Assembly (NCBI GenBank): GCA_024137785.1
Contig: JAHRHZ010000108.1
Span: forward strand, 4,815,505 to 4,879,504
Direction of reading: 5' to 3'
Length of the DNA stretch: 64,000 nucleotides
From: Ginglymostoma cirratum
Lineage: Eukaryota
In this document: positions 13,502-25,904 of the stretch, in pieces
How positions within the stretch are numbered: the stretch's first letter is position 1
How the letters are laid out: every line of letters begins with the position of its first letter
The notes under the pieces: generated by a model
What the model saw: the letters and a program-made list of their open reading frames with translations, nothing else
What the model was told of the DNA's origin: nothing
The model's database searches: none
Position numbers and translations under genes: made by a program

Positions 13502-14418
13502 CTATTTCAAACGATTGAATATTTTAACGAAGAGATTCATTGGATATTTTATCCCCTTTTTTAACTCAACTCTGAATGTAGCCTGGGTCCCTGCATAAAT
13601 AAACGGGTTAATGCAGGAACTCAATAACTGAAGCATAAATCCCGTTTCTTGGAGAATAAATATGGAATTAGTAAAATCAGAAGAAGAAGGATAAGTAAGG
13701 TTTGCAATTCGCACATAGGAAATCGTTAGAAAGTATAACAAATATAATAGGATGAAATTACCCGAGACAGTGAAAAGTAAAATGGTGGACTTTCTCCTCT
13801 TTTCTACCGCTGGGTCATTCTGATTCTCTCCAATGCTCTGCGCCCGCAACTTCCTGCGGGTTCTATTAGATGCCAGAATATGTCTGACGGTCAGTGCATT
13901 GAGCAGCAATATCAGAACAAAAGGGAGACAAGGTGTTAAAATAATTCGAATCCAGTCATATGCAGCCCATGCAGGTAATGTATAAACAATGGCCTTTATA
14001 CCGCAAAACCAGGGTATATTGTCAATTACATAGATAGGTTCATAGGCAAAATATGAGACAATGTTTTTGAGACAGCTCATTACAGACACGATTCCTATGA
14101 TACGCGCAGCCACTTTCTTGGTGCAATATTTAATTTTCAGTTTATTGCAAGAAATTGCAACAAATCGATCAAAAGTGAAAACAACCGTCAACCAGGCAGA
14201 ACTATCAAGGGCAGCATAATTTAAGGCAGCACGAATGCTGCATATTGGTGTGATAAACAAGAGACTAAATGGGAAATAAATTCCAGCAACACGGTTTAGT
14301 ATAACAGACGTGAGCATCACCAGGAGATCAGTCACAGCCATGGACACCAAGTAATACGTTATACATTGAGATAGACCACATCTTCGTCGAGACAGGATAA
14401 TGATCACTGCCCAGTTAG
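13502..14418 (-). CDS. Class A orphan GPCR (GPR139-like family), exon 2 of 2
   Basis: Open frame with TM2 MAVTDLL, TM3 FTFDRFVAI, TM5 TPCLPF..ILLLN.LTVRHI and TM7 SSCINPFIY. A polypyrimidine tract and AG acceptor lie at 14419-14420, and the phase matches exon 1. Confidence 0.92.
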
Positions 14419-14659
14419 CTTCCAGAAACAGAAAGAGAAAGTGTGTAAGGACATACATTCTTTAAGAAGCGGTGATTGTTTAGTCGCATTGTAACTGGAT
14501 AAGTAATCAAGACAATGTGGTAGTATTGTTGGTTCCTAAATTCTAATTATGCCAATCACTTTTTTACAATGGAACTAAATGTCTAATGATTATCATTGAA
14601 TGATAGTCAGAAAATCCCATCTGATTCCCTAACATTCTTCATGGAACGAATACTGCCAT

Positions 14660-15010
14660 CGGGAGGCGATGGCCTCATATATTATTGCAAGAATGTTAAT
14701 CCATTAATGGTAACATTCTGGGGACCCAGGTTCGAATCCTGCCATGACACATGATGGAACGTGAAATCAATATATATCTGGAATTAAGAATCAAATGATA
14801 AACCACGAATCCAGTGTTGATTGTTGGAAAAACCCATCTTGTTCACTAGAATCCTTAAGGGAAAGAAATTGCCATCCTTACCTGATCTAACCTACATGTG
14901 TCTCCAGACCCACAGTAATGTGGTTGAGTCTTAACTGCCTTTGGGCAATTATGGATTGGCAATAGATGTTGCCTATCCAGCAACCTCCTCATCCCGTGAA
15001 TGAATAAAGA
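14660..15010 (+). mobile_element. Second tRNA-derived SINE family (inside the GPCR intron)
   Basis: B box GGTTCGAATCC and body ctggaattaag...aaaacccatct..gttcacta...cctacatgtg.ctccaga.ccacag, ending ...catcccgtgaatgaataaa. A second copy lies at ~17905-18255. Confidence 0.7.
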
Positions 15011-15316
15011 GGAACAAAATCTGTTCTACATGTCTCTGCGAAGGCACAACAATGTGTCAAGAATAAAACTACATCCAACAGACCTAGGAAGTCATCACAG
15101 TGAAATGAACAATTTTAAAGAGCCTCAAATATACCAAGAACAACGAGAAATAAGAACAATTCAAAGTAATGCATTATGTCAATAATGTCGAACTTTAGAT
15201 CCCATTGAGGTGAAAGAAGGATAGCTATAATGTGGAGAAGCATCACTGTTAATATTGGAGTCTTCATGTAGCTAAGCAATGGCTCATTAAACAACTAACA
15301 AAGTACAATTCTTTAC

Positions 15317-15386
15317 CTGGAATCCCAATTACTGCGAGGACCGGATAGTAAATAGCAAACAGCAAACCTGTCAGTATTTCATGCAT
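15317..15386 (-). CDS. Class A orphan GPCR (GPR139-like family), exon 1 of 2
   Basis: The 70-nt exon encodes MHEILTGLLFAIYYPVLAVIGIP plus 1 nt, with donor CAG/GTAAAG. Splicing gives GIPANWAVIIILSRRRCGLS and an intact 328-aa protein. Confidence 0.88.
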
Positions 15387-15423
15387 TTTGAAGCACGTCT
15401 GCAAATCATTGCAAAGTAGCGTC

Positions 15424-15432
15424 ACTTATACA
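15424..15432 (-). promoter_or_regulatory. Possible TATA-like box of the GPCR gene
   Basis: GTATAAGT on the minus strand ~40 nt upstream of the ATG. Position is the only support. Confidence 0.3.
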
Positions 15433-17904
15433 TGATGTTTCCCTCGAGAGAACTAATTAGTTTCTTCATTCTTTTATCATTAGTACAGTCAAATCAACAA
15501 GCTATTTACTGCAGGTGCTGTTTCTTTTTCTCTTTGATGGAAAGGAATGGTTTTGCTTTTGATGGTGCTTGCCTTTGAAAGAACTTCCAAGAGAATTCAG
15601 AATGGACCTATTAATATCTACCCATCATGGAAGACAGTTAAAAGTAGTGGTATTTATGAGTTATCCCGATGAGAAATTCAGATTTCTTGAGAATAACACA
15701 GTCCAGAACTAAGTTTTGTGCATAATTATAGCTGTGTTATTGCTGATTAGGTACAGCTTGTTATCAAATTTCCTCTGGACTGTGTACCCTCCTCAGAAAA
15801 TATGAGTGTTCATTCAGTTTTCTAGGATCAGTTAGGCGCTGTCGGATTCTATATGCATTGGCTTCATACTTTGTTTTAACATTCTTGACGCAATTGCCAA
15901 GGAAATTTTCAATTCATTCATTGTGGACAAGATCTGTGCACGGTGAATAGTTCCACGACAGCAACTTCATTCAGTGTGGACAGATGCATGTTCAGATCAG
16001 ACGTATTCAGTATCAACGTGTCAAGTTCAACGTTCATAAATTTTATGAAGATTGCCCTATTTCAGTGTAGTGACATTAGGCGCAATTACTGAGGAGGTGC
16101 TAATTACATGCAGCTTGTATTTTCACTCTTCCTTATGAAAGGACAGAGCTTTGTATTTCAGAAAGAAGATTCCAATCAGTGCTCAATCAGCAATGTGGAG
16201 CAGTAATTCAATTCTGACTGTTACATTGTAGACAACAAGGGAAACAAAAAGACAAATACGCCCCTTATCACAGTAGTCAACTAAGGTTAATGGTCTAGAA
16301 TGACGGTATTGTCGTTAATGCATACCTACATGGGTTCTGGTAATATAAAAGCAAAACAGTGCTTGAAGACTGAAGTGGGAAAAGCTCAAATAGAAAGACA
16401 AATGCTCTCTGAACTGTCTGACAAATGCCCATAATTTTTTCTAAAAGGGTTGCCTTGTAGCTCCACCCTTAATTATGCCAAGAGACAAATTTTCATTTTT
16501 GCTCTTACCACTAGGCATGTAACATCTTCATTGGATGGCAGATGTCCGGCCACTCTCACATCACGATTTTTATGAAGTTACCCCAGTTGTTTGTCCATGA
16601 TCCTCTCAGAGTATGTTTTGACTCGAATTGACCAGTATTTAGTTATATTTTGAAACTGTGTGCCATCCTCACGTCATCTATAAGAATCATACGTTCCTCT
16701 TGATGTTCTGGTATTCGTTTTGTACTTTTTGATATCGTCAGTGGAAACTTGTTCCAATTCTAATCAGAACACTCATTTTCAGCTGAGAGGCTTAGTTTTT
16801 GTAGTCATTACTAACAGCTAAAGTAACTGATAATTGTGCAGTGGGCTAGTTAAGCTCCTGGATATCTTGAAACCAGTTCGTTTTACGTCAAGTCCCTCTT
16901 GTTTTTTTGTACCAAGTAGACGTCCCAAAATGAGTTTGGAGCACATTATTGCCATTAGCTACGTTTTGTAGTGTGAGTGCCAGATCAACATATTGAGCAA
17001 GGTATCTATATCTACAGCTACACCCATACATAAACCTATATAATATGCTTTATGCCGTTTTTCAAAAAAACTAAAAAAATGCCATGAAAAAATTAATGCT
17101 GACATAAAGGTGACAGTTAACGAACTATAATTAGCTACTTTCAAGAGCACAGCTGTGGTATAATTCTTCAATAATAGGGAGAGTAGAGTGTCTTCTTGAA
17201 CATCGGAAAACCAAATTTTAATATAAACCAGTGCACCTTGGCCTTTGAATGTTAAGTCTAAAACATTAGTCTGTTTCTTTCATCCTGTTCAGAAGCCCCG
17301 GTTTATTTCTTTGTCAAATGAAGATAGGTAATTCCACGTGATGCTGCAATATCAAGAACTACATTGGCTATAACATAAGCAGAATACCACAATATCAGAG
17401 TAATCTCAAGCCCCTACAGTCCAGTGAACAGATCCAAGCCTATCCAACCTTTCTTCGTAACTCAAACTCCCAATGTTTCTACATTGAATAATATTTCTGT
17501 TTACTCACTTCCACGTTAACATTTACAGTATTGTATCAGCCATAATCATTGAATAGTACTGACTCAGATTTATCCATCTTAATTTCATTTAATATTCTCC
17601 AGTTTGCTATCAAGCGATCACATCACCCATATCAAATAGCATCAGACATGGAAAGAAAATACTCCTGTTCTCGCCATATCTGTACCCATTATGAGGCTAT
17701 TTCTTAACTGTGTTTCTATGTCTAAAGACTTAGTTACTCGCATACAAACAATTATCATGTTTCTTTTTCTTTTCATTTTACTCACTTTAGGTGGTATCAA
17801 TATCATGACTCTATCCGAATTGTGTTAACGTCAGTCTTTCCAAGGGGCAAGAGTCAATACTTTGTTAATTTAAAAGATTTTTTTCTTTAAATTGACACAT
17901 CAAA

Positions 17905-18255
17905 TGGAGTGGCATTTATTAACCCTGTATTGTTAACCCAACGAAATCCCAGGTAATGTTTTGAAAACATGAGTTCAAATACCGCCATGGCAGGTAGTGG
18001 AGTTTGAATTCAATAAAAATTCAAAAAGAAATGTAGATCTGGCACTAAGAGTCTAACTATGACCATGAATCCATTGCCGATTGTATGGAAAACCTATCAG
18101 GTTCGCTATTGTCGTTTAAGGAAGGAAGCTACCATCTTCACCCGCTCAAGCCTACATGTGGTTCCAGACCCACAACAATGTGGTTTTCTCTTCTCAGCCT
18201 TTTGGGTAACATATGCAGACCTAACAAATGATGCGCCCATCACGTGAATGAATAT
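17905..18255 (+). mobile_element. Second SINE family copy
   Basis: Colinear with 14660-15010 (gttcaaataccgccatggcag...cctacatgtggttccagacccacaacaatgtgg...catcacgtgaatgaata). Confidence 0.7.
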
Positions 18256-19194
18256 GAAAGAAAATTTATGATAAGCAGTTTATCAAATAGTGCAGTTGTA
18301 ATTCTACTGAATTACATAAACAACATTACTTCTAATTTTCATTTGCACCTGTGGATTCCCTATCTCTACTTTCTAGCCGAAATTACTTCGTCTAATTTAA
18401 TTTTATACGTTCTATATCATTTGAGGGTCCTGCGGATATTGAGAGTAATTTGAAATATTCTGGTAATATCTTTAAAGCAGAACTCATTTTTAGTTGATTT
18501 CAGTAACAAAGTGCTTTGCTCATTCTGTTTCTTAGTTGCATTCTACTTTTTCTTTTTCTGAGACAAATTGATGAATCATTGTGCATGTTTTTATTTCACA
18601 AATCTCAAGGATCATTGTCGCCTGCCATTCTTTTCTTTTCTGTTATTAATTAATTTGTGTCTCTTCAAAGGGACTTTCATTTTTACTTTTCTTCGCTGCA
18701 TTGACACCACTGAATTTTTTATTTGCATATGAGAAAGGAAAAGTCCCAAGAATTTATTTAAAATTCAGTTGACTGTTCCATTTAAATGTTCTATTATACC
18801 AACACATGTCCATCAAAATATAATCCCTTTTATTTATGTGTCCAAAGTTATTCATTTTTAGAGAGAGACGATTAGTTTGATGTGACTTCCATAGGTAATG
18901 AGAGGTCAACTGATTAATCGTTTTCAAGGTGATTTGCTTGATCAGGCATTGTTTTGGATAGCAAGGCAATATGTTTATCTGGAAACCCATTAATTAATGT
19001 TCTTGCCCGAAATGGGTACTAGTCTGTCCGCTGCGGCCGAAGTAAAAAGAAATAAGGGAGAAAATTCGGAGGTCATTTTGCAGTTCTTGAGCAATAAAAG
19101 GTTCTTGTTATAAGTGATTACTTTTATTTCCATTTCTCTCACAACTGTGAAATTTACCAAGGAAATCCAATGGAAGATGTATCGCTCAGTGCTT

Positions 19195-19262
19195 CTTGTG
19201 ATTGGACGAAGTGGTTAAGGCAATCAACATGATATTGGAGGTATTGAATCCAACTTCTGACA
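19195..19262 (+). pseudogene. Possible tRNA-Leu-derived fragment
   Basis: Contains agtggttaaggc (A-box-like) and a 3' gaatccaacttctgaca similar to tRNA-Leu GAATCCCACTTCTGACA. The middle is shortened. Confidence 0.35.
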
Positions 19263-20269
19263 ATCAAGGTCAAATTCAATCTCTACTTTAAACATGATCC
19301 GTCCTACTTGATCCTCAACTAAACAAAAGGAACGTCTTCCAGACGCATTTTTTCCCTCCTACATTAACCCGACAATATCGAAGAGATTTGTTGCATGAAA
19401 CGGTGCAGTAATTAGCCCAGTTTCCTTTTTGCTTACTTTCTGCATGCTCCGTATGGAGTACATATGCCCTAGGATGCGTACAAGGTCAAAACTGGAGGAA
19501 ATAAAAAAAGGTGCCTCATGATCTGTGCGGCTGGAAGTCGTTAGAGAAATGGCGAGTGTTGAAGATATGGAGGGATTTTAAGGCAATAATGACAATTTCT
19601 TCCAAAGGCATTCATTGGCTGGAAGGCCGTACAGGTAAGTGAACACAGGAGTGAGAACGTAAAGGGGAATGCTCAGATTTAACACACGTGAGCAGTGGTT
19701 TGAATGAATTCTTGTTTATGGAAGTTCCCATTTTGATCACAGAACAATTGCAATATAAAACGTCTCCCAACTTGAAAAATCCACATTAAACGTTACTTTG
19801 TGTTTTCCCTCATGCAGTCAAGTTTGCATCAACGTCAATACTATTCTTATTTTAATGGGTGAGATATAGCTTTGGTTCCAAATTTGTAAGATGCATTATA
19901 CCAACTGCCGTTGTGAGGGCGATTTAAATAACATCAGAAGAAGTGGCGTCATCATCAGTATATTTTCCATTATCAGGAAAATACAGAAATTTGGTTGTAT
20001 TTTACTTTGAAAAATCCACAATTCTCCATGTGGTGATTCTGTTGCCCTGAATTATTGTTTGTGGAAATTTCTCAAAATCAGAGTCAATTTGACTATCTTG
20101 TAATGATTGCACTTCCTAACTGCTTTCGTGAAAAGGAAATAATTTTTGTTATGATTCCATACCGAGTGATGCGTCACTGAGATTAGACACTGTTATAAAA
20201 TGGGCAAACTACAAACATATGCAACAACATAAGAATTTGATTTTGAAATTTATAATTTGTATAATTTTA

Positions 20270-20740
20270 ACAAATTAACAATCAAACTTCCTAAATGTTT
20301 GTGATTCTGTAATTCGTTCATGAATTCTTCTGTTTTCCTGCATATATGAATGGGTTGACACAGGAATTAAACCACTATTGAACATAAAGCCGCTTTCTTC
20401 CAGAAAAGAAAACAATCGATTTATCAAAACTTGAAACTGAGGAGTCACTGACTTAAAATCTAAAATAGAAAAACAATTGATAAAATATAATAAATGAAAT
20501 AGAACAAATCTACCTGGCTTAGGAAAAAAAGTACAATAGATAATGTTCTGCTCTGCATCGCTGGGTGATTCTGATACTCTCCTTTATTCTGTTTTAATGA
20601 TCTCTTGCTGGCTTTGTTCACTTCAGGGATGTGTCTGACTGTGACAGCATTGAGCACTACAACAAGGATGAATGAGATGGGAAGTGTCAAAATGCGATCT
20701 ACCCAGCCAGACACAGCACATGCAGGTGACGGTAAAATTT
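20270..20740 (-). pseudogene. GPR139-like GPCR pseudogene fragment (TM5-TM7 only)
   Basis: WVDRILT..SFILVVVLNAVTVRHI...GEYQNHPAMQSR..SIVLFF and EESGFM...NSCVNPFIYAG are colinear with the C-terminal half of the intact receptor, with frameshifts. Confidence 0.8.
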
Positions 20741-20779
20741 TTTTTTTTTTTTTTGCTAAACAGCCAGTGTTTTTGTTTA

Positions 20780-21110
20780 ATTGTGAACCTAAGTTCAAAT
20801 CGTTTTTCAATGATGTCAGATATAGCGTTTGCCTTCCTAATTTCTTCCTGCATCGGCCTGTCGACTTTAATTGACTGGTGTAAAGGCACACTCAGCTCCC
20901 CTTTTGTATCCACATTTGGCAATCTTTCCTAATTTAAATAAAACTCTCCCTCTCTATTTTTCACAACGAAGTGCATAACTTCACATCTATGACTATCTTC
21001 GGCATATGCCCATTCTTGACCCCTCACTGAATTTCTCTAACTCAACTTGAAATGTCAAAAATTTGCCCTGTTATTTTCGATACTATCTTACCTCTTGAAA
21101 CCATAACAGG
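20780..21110 (-). mobile_element. CR1 LINE RT fragment, old
   Basis: ORF 20623-20922 reads ELSVPLHQSIKV...EIRKANAISDII.KRFE, a decayed form of the CR1 DLGV.VH.SLKV..QV..A..KAN.ML.FI.RG.E motif. Confidence 0.6.
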
Positions 21111-23009
21111 AAAAGAAAACTGTGCATGCTAGAAACCAGAAACAAATCTTGAAATTTCTGAGAAATAAAATTCTCAGAAGGTCACGAAGCTTCTGTGGAG
21201 AGGAAAAAGACTGAACGTTCCGTTTCCAGCAAACATTCAGTGACCAATCAAGAGTTAAAGAAGTGTCACCGAAACCGAAACAATAACTGCATTTTCTTGA
21301 CAAATGCTGCCAGTTTTATTTTTCAAAATTTATGCTGTTACTTCACAAAACAGCGACACTTCTCTCCGAGATTAAGATTTTGAAATGTGCAATAAAGCAT
21401 GACACAAAGTGGAATTTGAAATCGGTCATCAAAGTACCGTGAAAGAATTGGAAACGCGCTCAAAAGAATTCAAAATGTTCGATATGCAAAGAAAACGTTC
21501 CAAAACTATATTGTAGAAGATATTTGAGAGTTTAATTAAGACAAGAGCCACCATTACATTTGTCAAATATATAAAGCAGGACAACAGGAGAAGTAAATAT
21601 GCACTTAAAAGAAAACACAGTCTGCAGATGATCATATACTCACAACTAACTTCACGACTTTATGAAAATTACACTTTTAAAATTTGCGATAAGCTATCAG
21701 ACAGAGGGGTGTAAACATAATACTTTACAGTTGATGGGTCACAGTCAACAATAAAAAAGTTAATTTTTCTTTGAAATCGATAAGCAAATCTGACTAGGAT
21801 AGTAGAGTTACATGAACTATGAGATACAAGTCTAACAACTAACTCCAACAATAAAAAGATCAGTAATACAATGCATTAAATAGACATCCTCAAAATAAAG
21901 GTGAACAATTATCGATGGGGCAAGAATCAACGGGGCTCAGATTGTACAATGACTTGAAAGGGATAGTGTGATAGTGTGTTTTTGTTTAACGAAAGCTTCT
22001 TGACATGACCTGGTATCGCATGAATGATGCGGCATCTGCAGCCCTTCAGAAATCCTCTTCAGCTGTCAATGAGACTGAATTCTTGAGATGCTGCAGGTCT
22101 TCTGGAGGAGATATGCCCACACTTCGCTGTTTCAAAGGAAAGGCAGAAATTGATTCAGTGCAATAAAAGAATGGCCACCAGGTTACAGTGCAGAATGGTG
22201 TGCACCTGGATGGAGAACTTGGAGGTGCTGGTGTTCACAAGCATCTACTACTTTTGTCGTTTTAGGAGGTAGATTTGTAGGTTTAGAACGTGCTGGTGGG
22301 AGAAGATTAGTGAGTTGCTGTAGAACATCTTGTAGATGGACGTATCTTCCACAGTTTGTTAATGCAGAAGAGAGTAAATGTTGAGATTCGTAAATGTGAT
22401 ACAAAGTACACTTCCAAGGATCAAAATCATTTCACCTACTCAACAGTAAGAAAATTATCCTACGAAGATATTTTGATATTTCGTGATCAGTAACGATGTG
22501 AATAATGCAGGGGAGTTGCTTTCACACAAAAATTCTTTTCAATTTGTCAGATGTGTGGTATTATTTGACTATACCACAGAACTTGGCACGATTTGAGAGA
22601 CCTAGAATACTGAAACAATCTCTACCCAGAGGAAAAAAAGTTGGCAAAATACAGTTTCTGGCTGAGAAATGGAAAGTAACACTCATAACACAACTGTGCC
22701 AGGAAAATGGATTTAACCATCTATTGATGTTCAGTGTTATTTCCATCATATCGTAGTAAAGTTATGTAAGAGACAAGGAATTATGCAGGGAACATGTCAA
22801 TTCCTCTCTTCTTAATATGGTATTTGCAACCCTCAAGGTTGAAGTCATGAGTTTGGTAGAACGGCCTTCACTTTCTTCGATGGATACAACTACATAAATG
22901 CTCAAGAAGCTCAAAAGAATCAAGCAAAAAACAAAACAGACTGTTGGATTGACAACTCTTCTGCGACCAAAGCATTGTCTCCATTCAAGAGTCACATATG
23001 CCTATCTAA

Positions 23010-23240
23010 TAGCCGCTTAAATGCCCCTACTGAGGCCGACTACACTACCATCTCCGACAATGCATTCCACGCTCCTACCACTCTCTGAGTAAAAAACCTA
23101 CCTCTGACGTCTCCCCTATATTACCACTACCTCCACTAACTTTAAAACTGTGCCCCTCGTTATAGCTACCTACACCCTAGTGAAAGGTTTTTGGCTGTCC
23201 ACTCTATCTATATCTCTGATCATTTTGTACACCTCTAAAA
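23010..23240 (-). mobile_element. CR1 LINE 3' fragment
   Basis: Reverse complement of the CR1 ORF2 end (gtgtacaaaatgatcagagatatagatagagtggacagcc...actcagagagtggtaggagcgtggaatgc). Confidence 0.65.
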
Positions 23241-23874
23241 CCTGGAGTCACTGTGAGAATCTACACTAACAAACATTTCAAGTAATGGAGAACATTTTTT
23301 TAAATTGAATGAATTTATCACTGCGGAAAGGAGATCTATCACCTTGATCGTCAGAAATTATATTATCATGGGGAAATAAATACAAGTAGAATTCCGAATT
23401 TATGCAGTTGTAAGAAAAGCTTCTACCTAGAAAATAATAGTACTAATCACTAATAAACAAGCAACATTTCCAAAAAGGGACTGTGGTGCTGTTGTGAAAC
23501 AAGCATTGCACTTCTGCAGTAGACACATGCACTGTAATTTGGGATATATTACAACATGTTAATGGAGGGAATCAACCCGTTCAAGAATAATCCAATTATT
23601 GCATAGAAAGACATCAGGAGCACGGAAGAATAGTTACAGCGAAGAACAGTCGTGATGTCAGAAAGCATAATGATTTATCTGGAATTCTCATGTATAACGG
23701 AGTGGGAAAGTAACTGCAAACAAAAGTCCTGTTGGCAGTCCGTGAATTTTTATGAGTAGCTCTCAGAATGATGAGCACATTTGATATAGGGATCGTGAAC
23801 ATGCAAATCTTCGTGCACATCAATGGAGGGTTTTGATCTTCAGTGAAGGGGGAACTGCCTGGTTTTTTGTGAAA

Positions 23875-24150
23875 TATCATAGAATCCCTACAGTGTGGTA
23901 AAAGGTCATTTGGCCCAATGAATCCACCATAGCCCATTAAACGCATCCTAGCTATCCCCACTCCACTCTATCCTTATAGCCTTGGATTTCCCATGGGCAA
24001 TCCACCTAACCTGCACATCTTTGGGTTGTGGGAGGAAATACAAAGCAGACACGAGGAAAGTTGTTAAAACAGTCAGCTGAGGGCGGAGGCAAACATGTCT
24101 CCCTGGCGCTGTGAGATTATAACGCTAACCAATGAGCCACGTGTCGCCCC
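23875..24150 (-). mobile_element. HE1-type SINE
   Basis: caatccacctaacctgcacatctttgg.ttgtgggaggaaa core and catagaatccctacagtg tail on the minus strand. Confidence 0.75.
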
Positions 24151-24289
24151 TAATACTAGAATGCTAGAAGAAAGTCAAAAAGTAGAAAGTCGATTTTCCT
24201 TCACCCAGCATGGCTGCAGAAACAGTCAAGGTGCTTGATATCTTCCATTTTCTAAAGTAAAACAGCTACTTCATTGGCACCACATTTAA

Positions 24290-24625
24290 ATAAGAGACAG
24301 TGCATACATTCAACAAAGCTCCTTAGACATTACTTTAGAGCTCACAAAATCTTACACCTTGAAGGATAACGGTAGTATGTGCATCAAAAGGACAGCTAAT
24401 GCAAGTACCCTTCCAAGCATTCACCGTCCTGACTTTGAAATATATTGGCAATCATTCCATTTCGTTGACTGACAATCTAACTGCATTGTCTGACCACCCA
24501 CTGCACATATGCTGCAGTAGATCAAAAAGGCAGCTCACCATCACATTTTTGACAGCAGCAAGCAACGAGCAATTAATGCTGGCTCAGCAAGAGACTCCCG
24601 TATTCCGTGAATGATTTTTTTTTTC
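24290..24625 (+). mobile_element. Old LINE 3' end (CR1/L2-clade) sharing its tail with the second SINE family
   Basis: ggcagctcaccatcac...gagcaattaatgctggc...ccgtgaatga followed by a T-run. Related minus-strand pieces lie at ~22180-22400 and 36070-37160. Confidence 0.5.
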
Positions 24626-24669
24626 TTCTACTGTTACACTTGGAGTAGAATCGTTCTGTCAGTCCGATG

Positions 24670-25904
24670 AATTCGATGATTTCAAAGTCTTGGATTAGTG
24701 CCTGGGAGTATGACGTTATTGCGATCACAGAGACTTGGTGGAAGGAAGGGGATGATTGGCAACTAAATGTCCCAGGATATAAGTATACTGCAGGGTGTTT
24801 CTAGCTAGGTGGATAAAGAACTGGTTGAGCAACAGGAGACAGAGAGTAGTAGTTGAAGGGAGTTTCTAGAAATGGAGAAAGGTGACCAGTAGTGTTCCAC
24901 AGGGATCAGTGCTGGGGCCACTGTTGTTTGTGATATACATAAATGATCTGGAAGAGGGCATAAGTGATCTGATCAGTAAGTTTGCAGATGACACGAAGAT
25001 TGGGGGAGTAGCAGAAAGCATAGGGGATTGTCAAAGAATACAGGAGAATATAGATAGACTGGAGAGTTGGGCGGAGAAGTGGCAGATGGAGTTCAATCCG
25101 GGCAAGTGTGAGGTGATGCATTTTGGGAGGTCTAATTCTAGAGCGAACTATACTGTAAACGGAAGAGCCTTGGGAAAAGTTGATGAGCAGAGAGATCTGG
25201 GAGTTCAGGTCCATTGTACCCTGAAGGTGGCTGCACAGGTGGATAGAGTGGTCAAGAAGGCATATGGTACGCTTGCCTTCATCGGACGGGGTATTGAGTA
25301 TAAGAGCTGGCAGGTCATGTTAAAATTGTACAAGACTTTGGTTCGGCCGCAGTTAGAATACTGTGTGCATTTCTAGTCGCCATATTACCAAAAGGATGTG
25401 GAAGCTTTGGAGAGGGTACAGAGAAGGTTTATGAGGATGTTGCCTGGTAAGGAAGGTGCTAGCTATGAAGAGAGGTTGAGTAGGTTAGGATTGTTTTCAT
25501 TAAAAAAAAGGAGTTTGAGGGGGGACCTGATTGAGGTCTTCAAAATCATGAAGGGTATAGACAGGGTTGATAGAGATAAGCTTTTTCCCAGGGTGAGGGA
25601 TTCAATAACGAGTGGTCACGCGTTCAAGGTGAGAGGAGAAAAGTTTAAGGGGATACACGCGGGAAGTACTTTACACAGAGGGTGGTAGGTGCCTGGAACG
25701 CGTTGCCAGCAGAGGTAGTAGAGGCAGGCACGGTAGATTCATTTAAGGTGCGTCTGGACAGATGCATGAGTAGGTGGGGAGCAGAGGGATACAGATTCTT
25801 AGGAATTGGGCGATAGGTTTAGACAGTGGATTTGGATCGGCACAGGCTTGGAGGGCCGAAGGACCTGTTCCTGGGCTGTAAGTTTTCTTTGTTCTTTGTT
25901 CTTT
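24670..25904 (+). mobile_element. CR1 LINE, internally deleted (EN fragment joined to RT C-terminal half and 3' tail)
   Basis: YDVIAITETW...DWQLNVPGY (APE), then VPQGSVLGPLLFVIYINDL...SKFADDTKIGG (ORF 24882-25376). Ends in a (TTCTTTG)n tail. Confidence 0.92.

Noticed and set aside
14419-14458. ORF-track start MYVLTHFLFLFLE for the GPCR
   Set aside because: This is the intron polypyrimidine tract. A proper upstream exon supplies TM1 in the correct phase.
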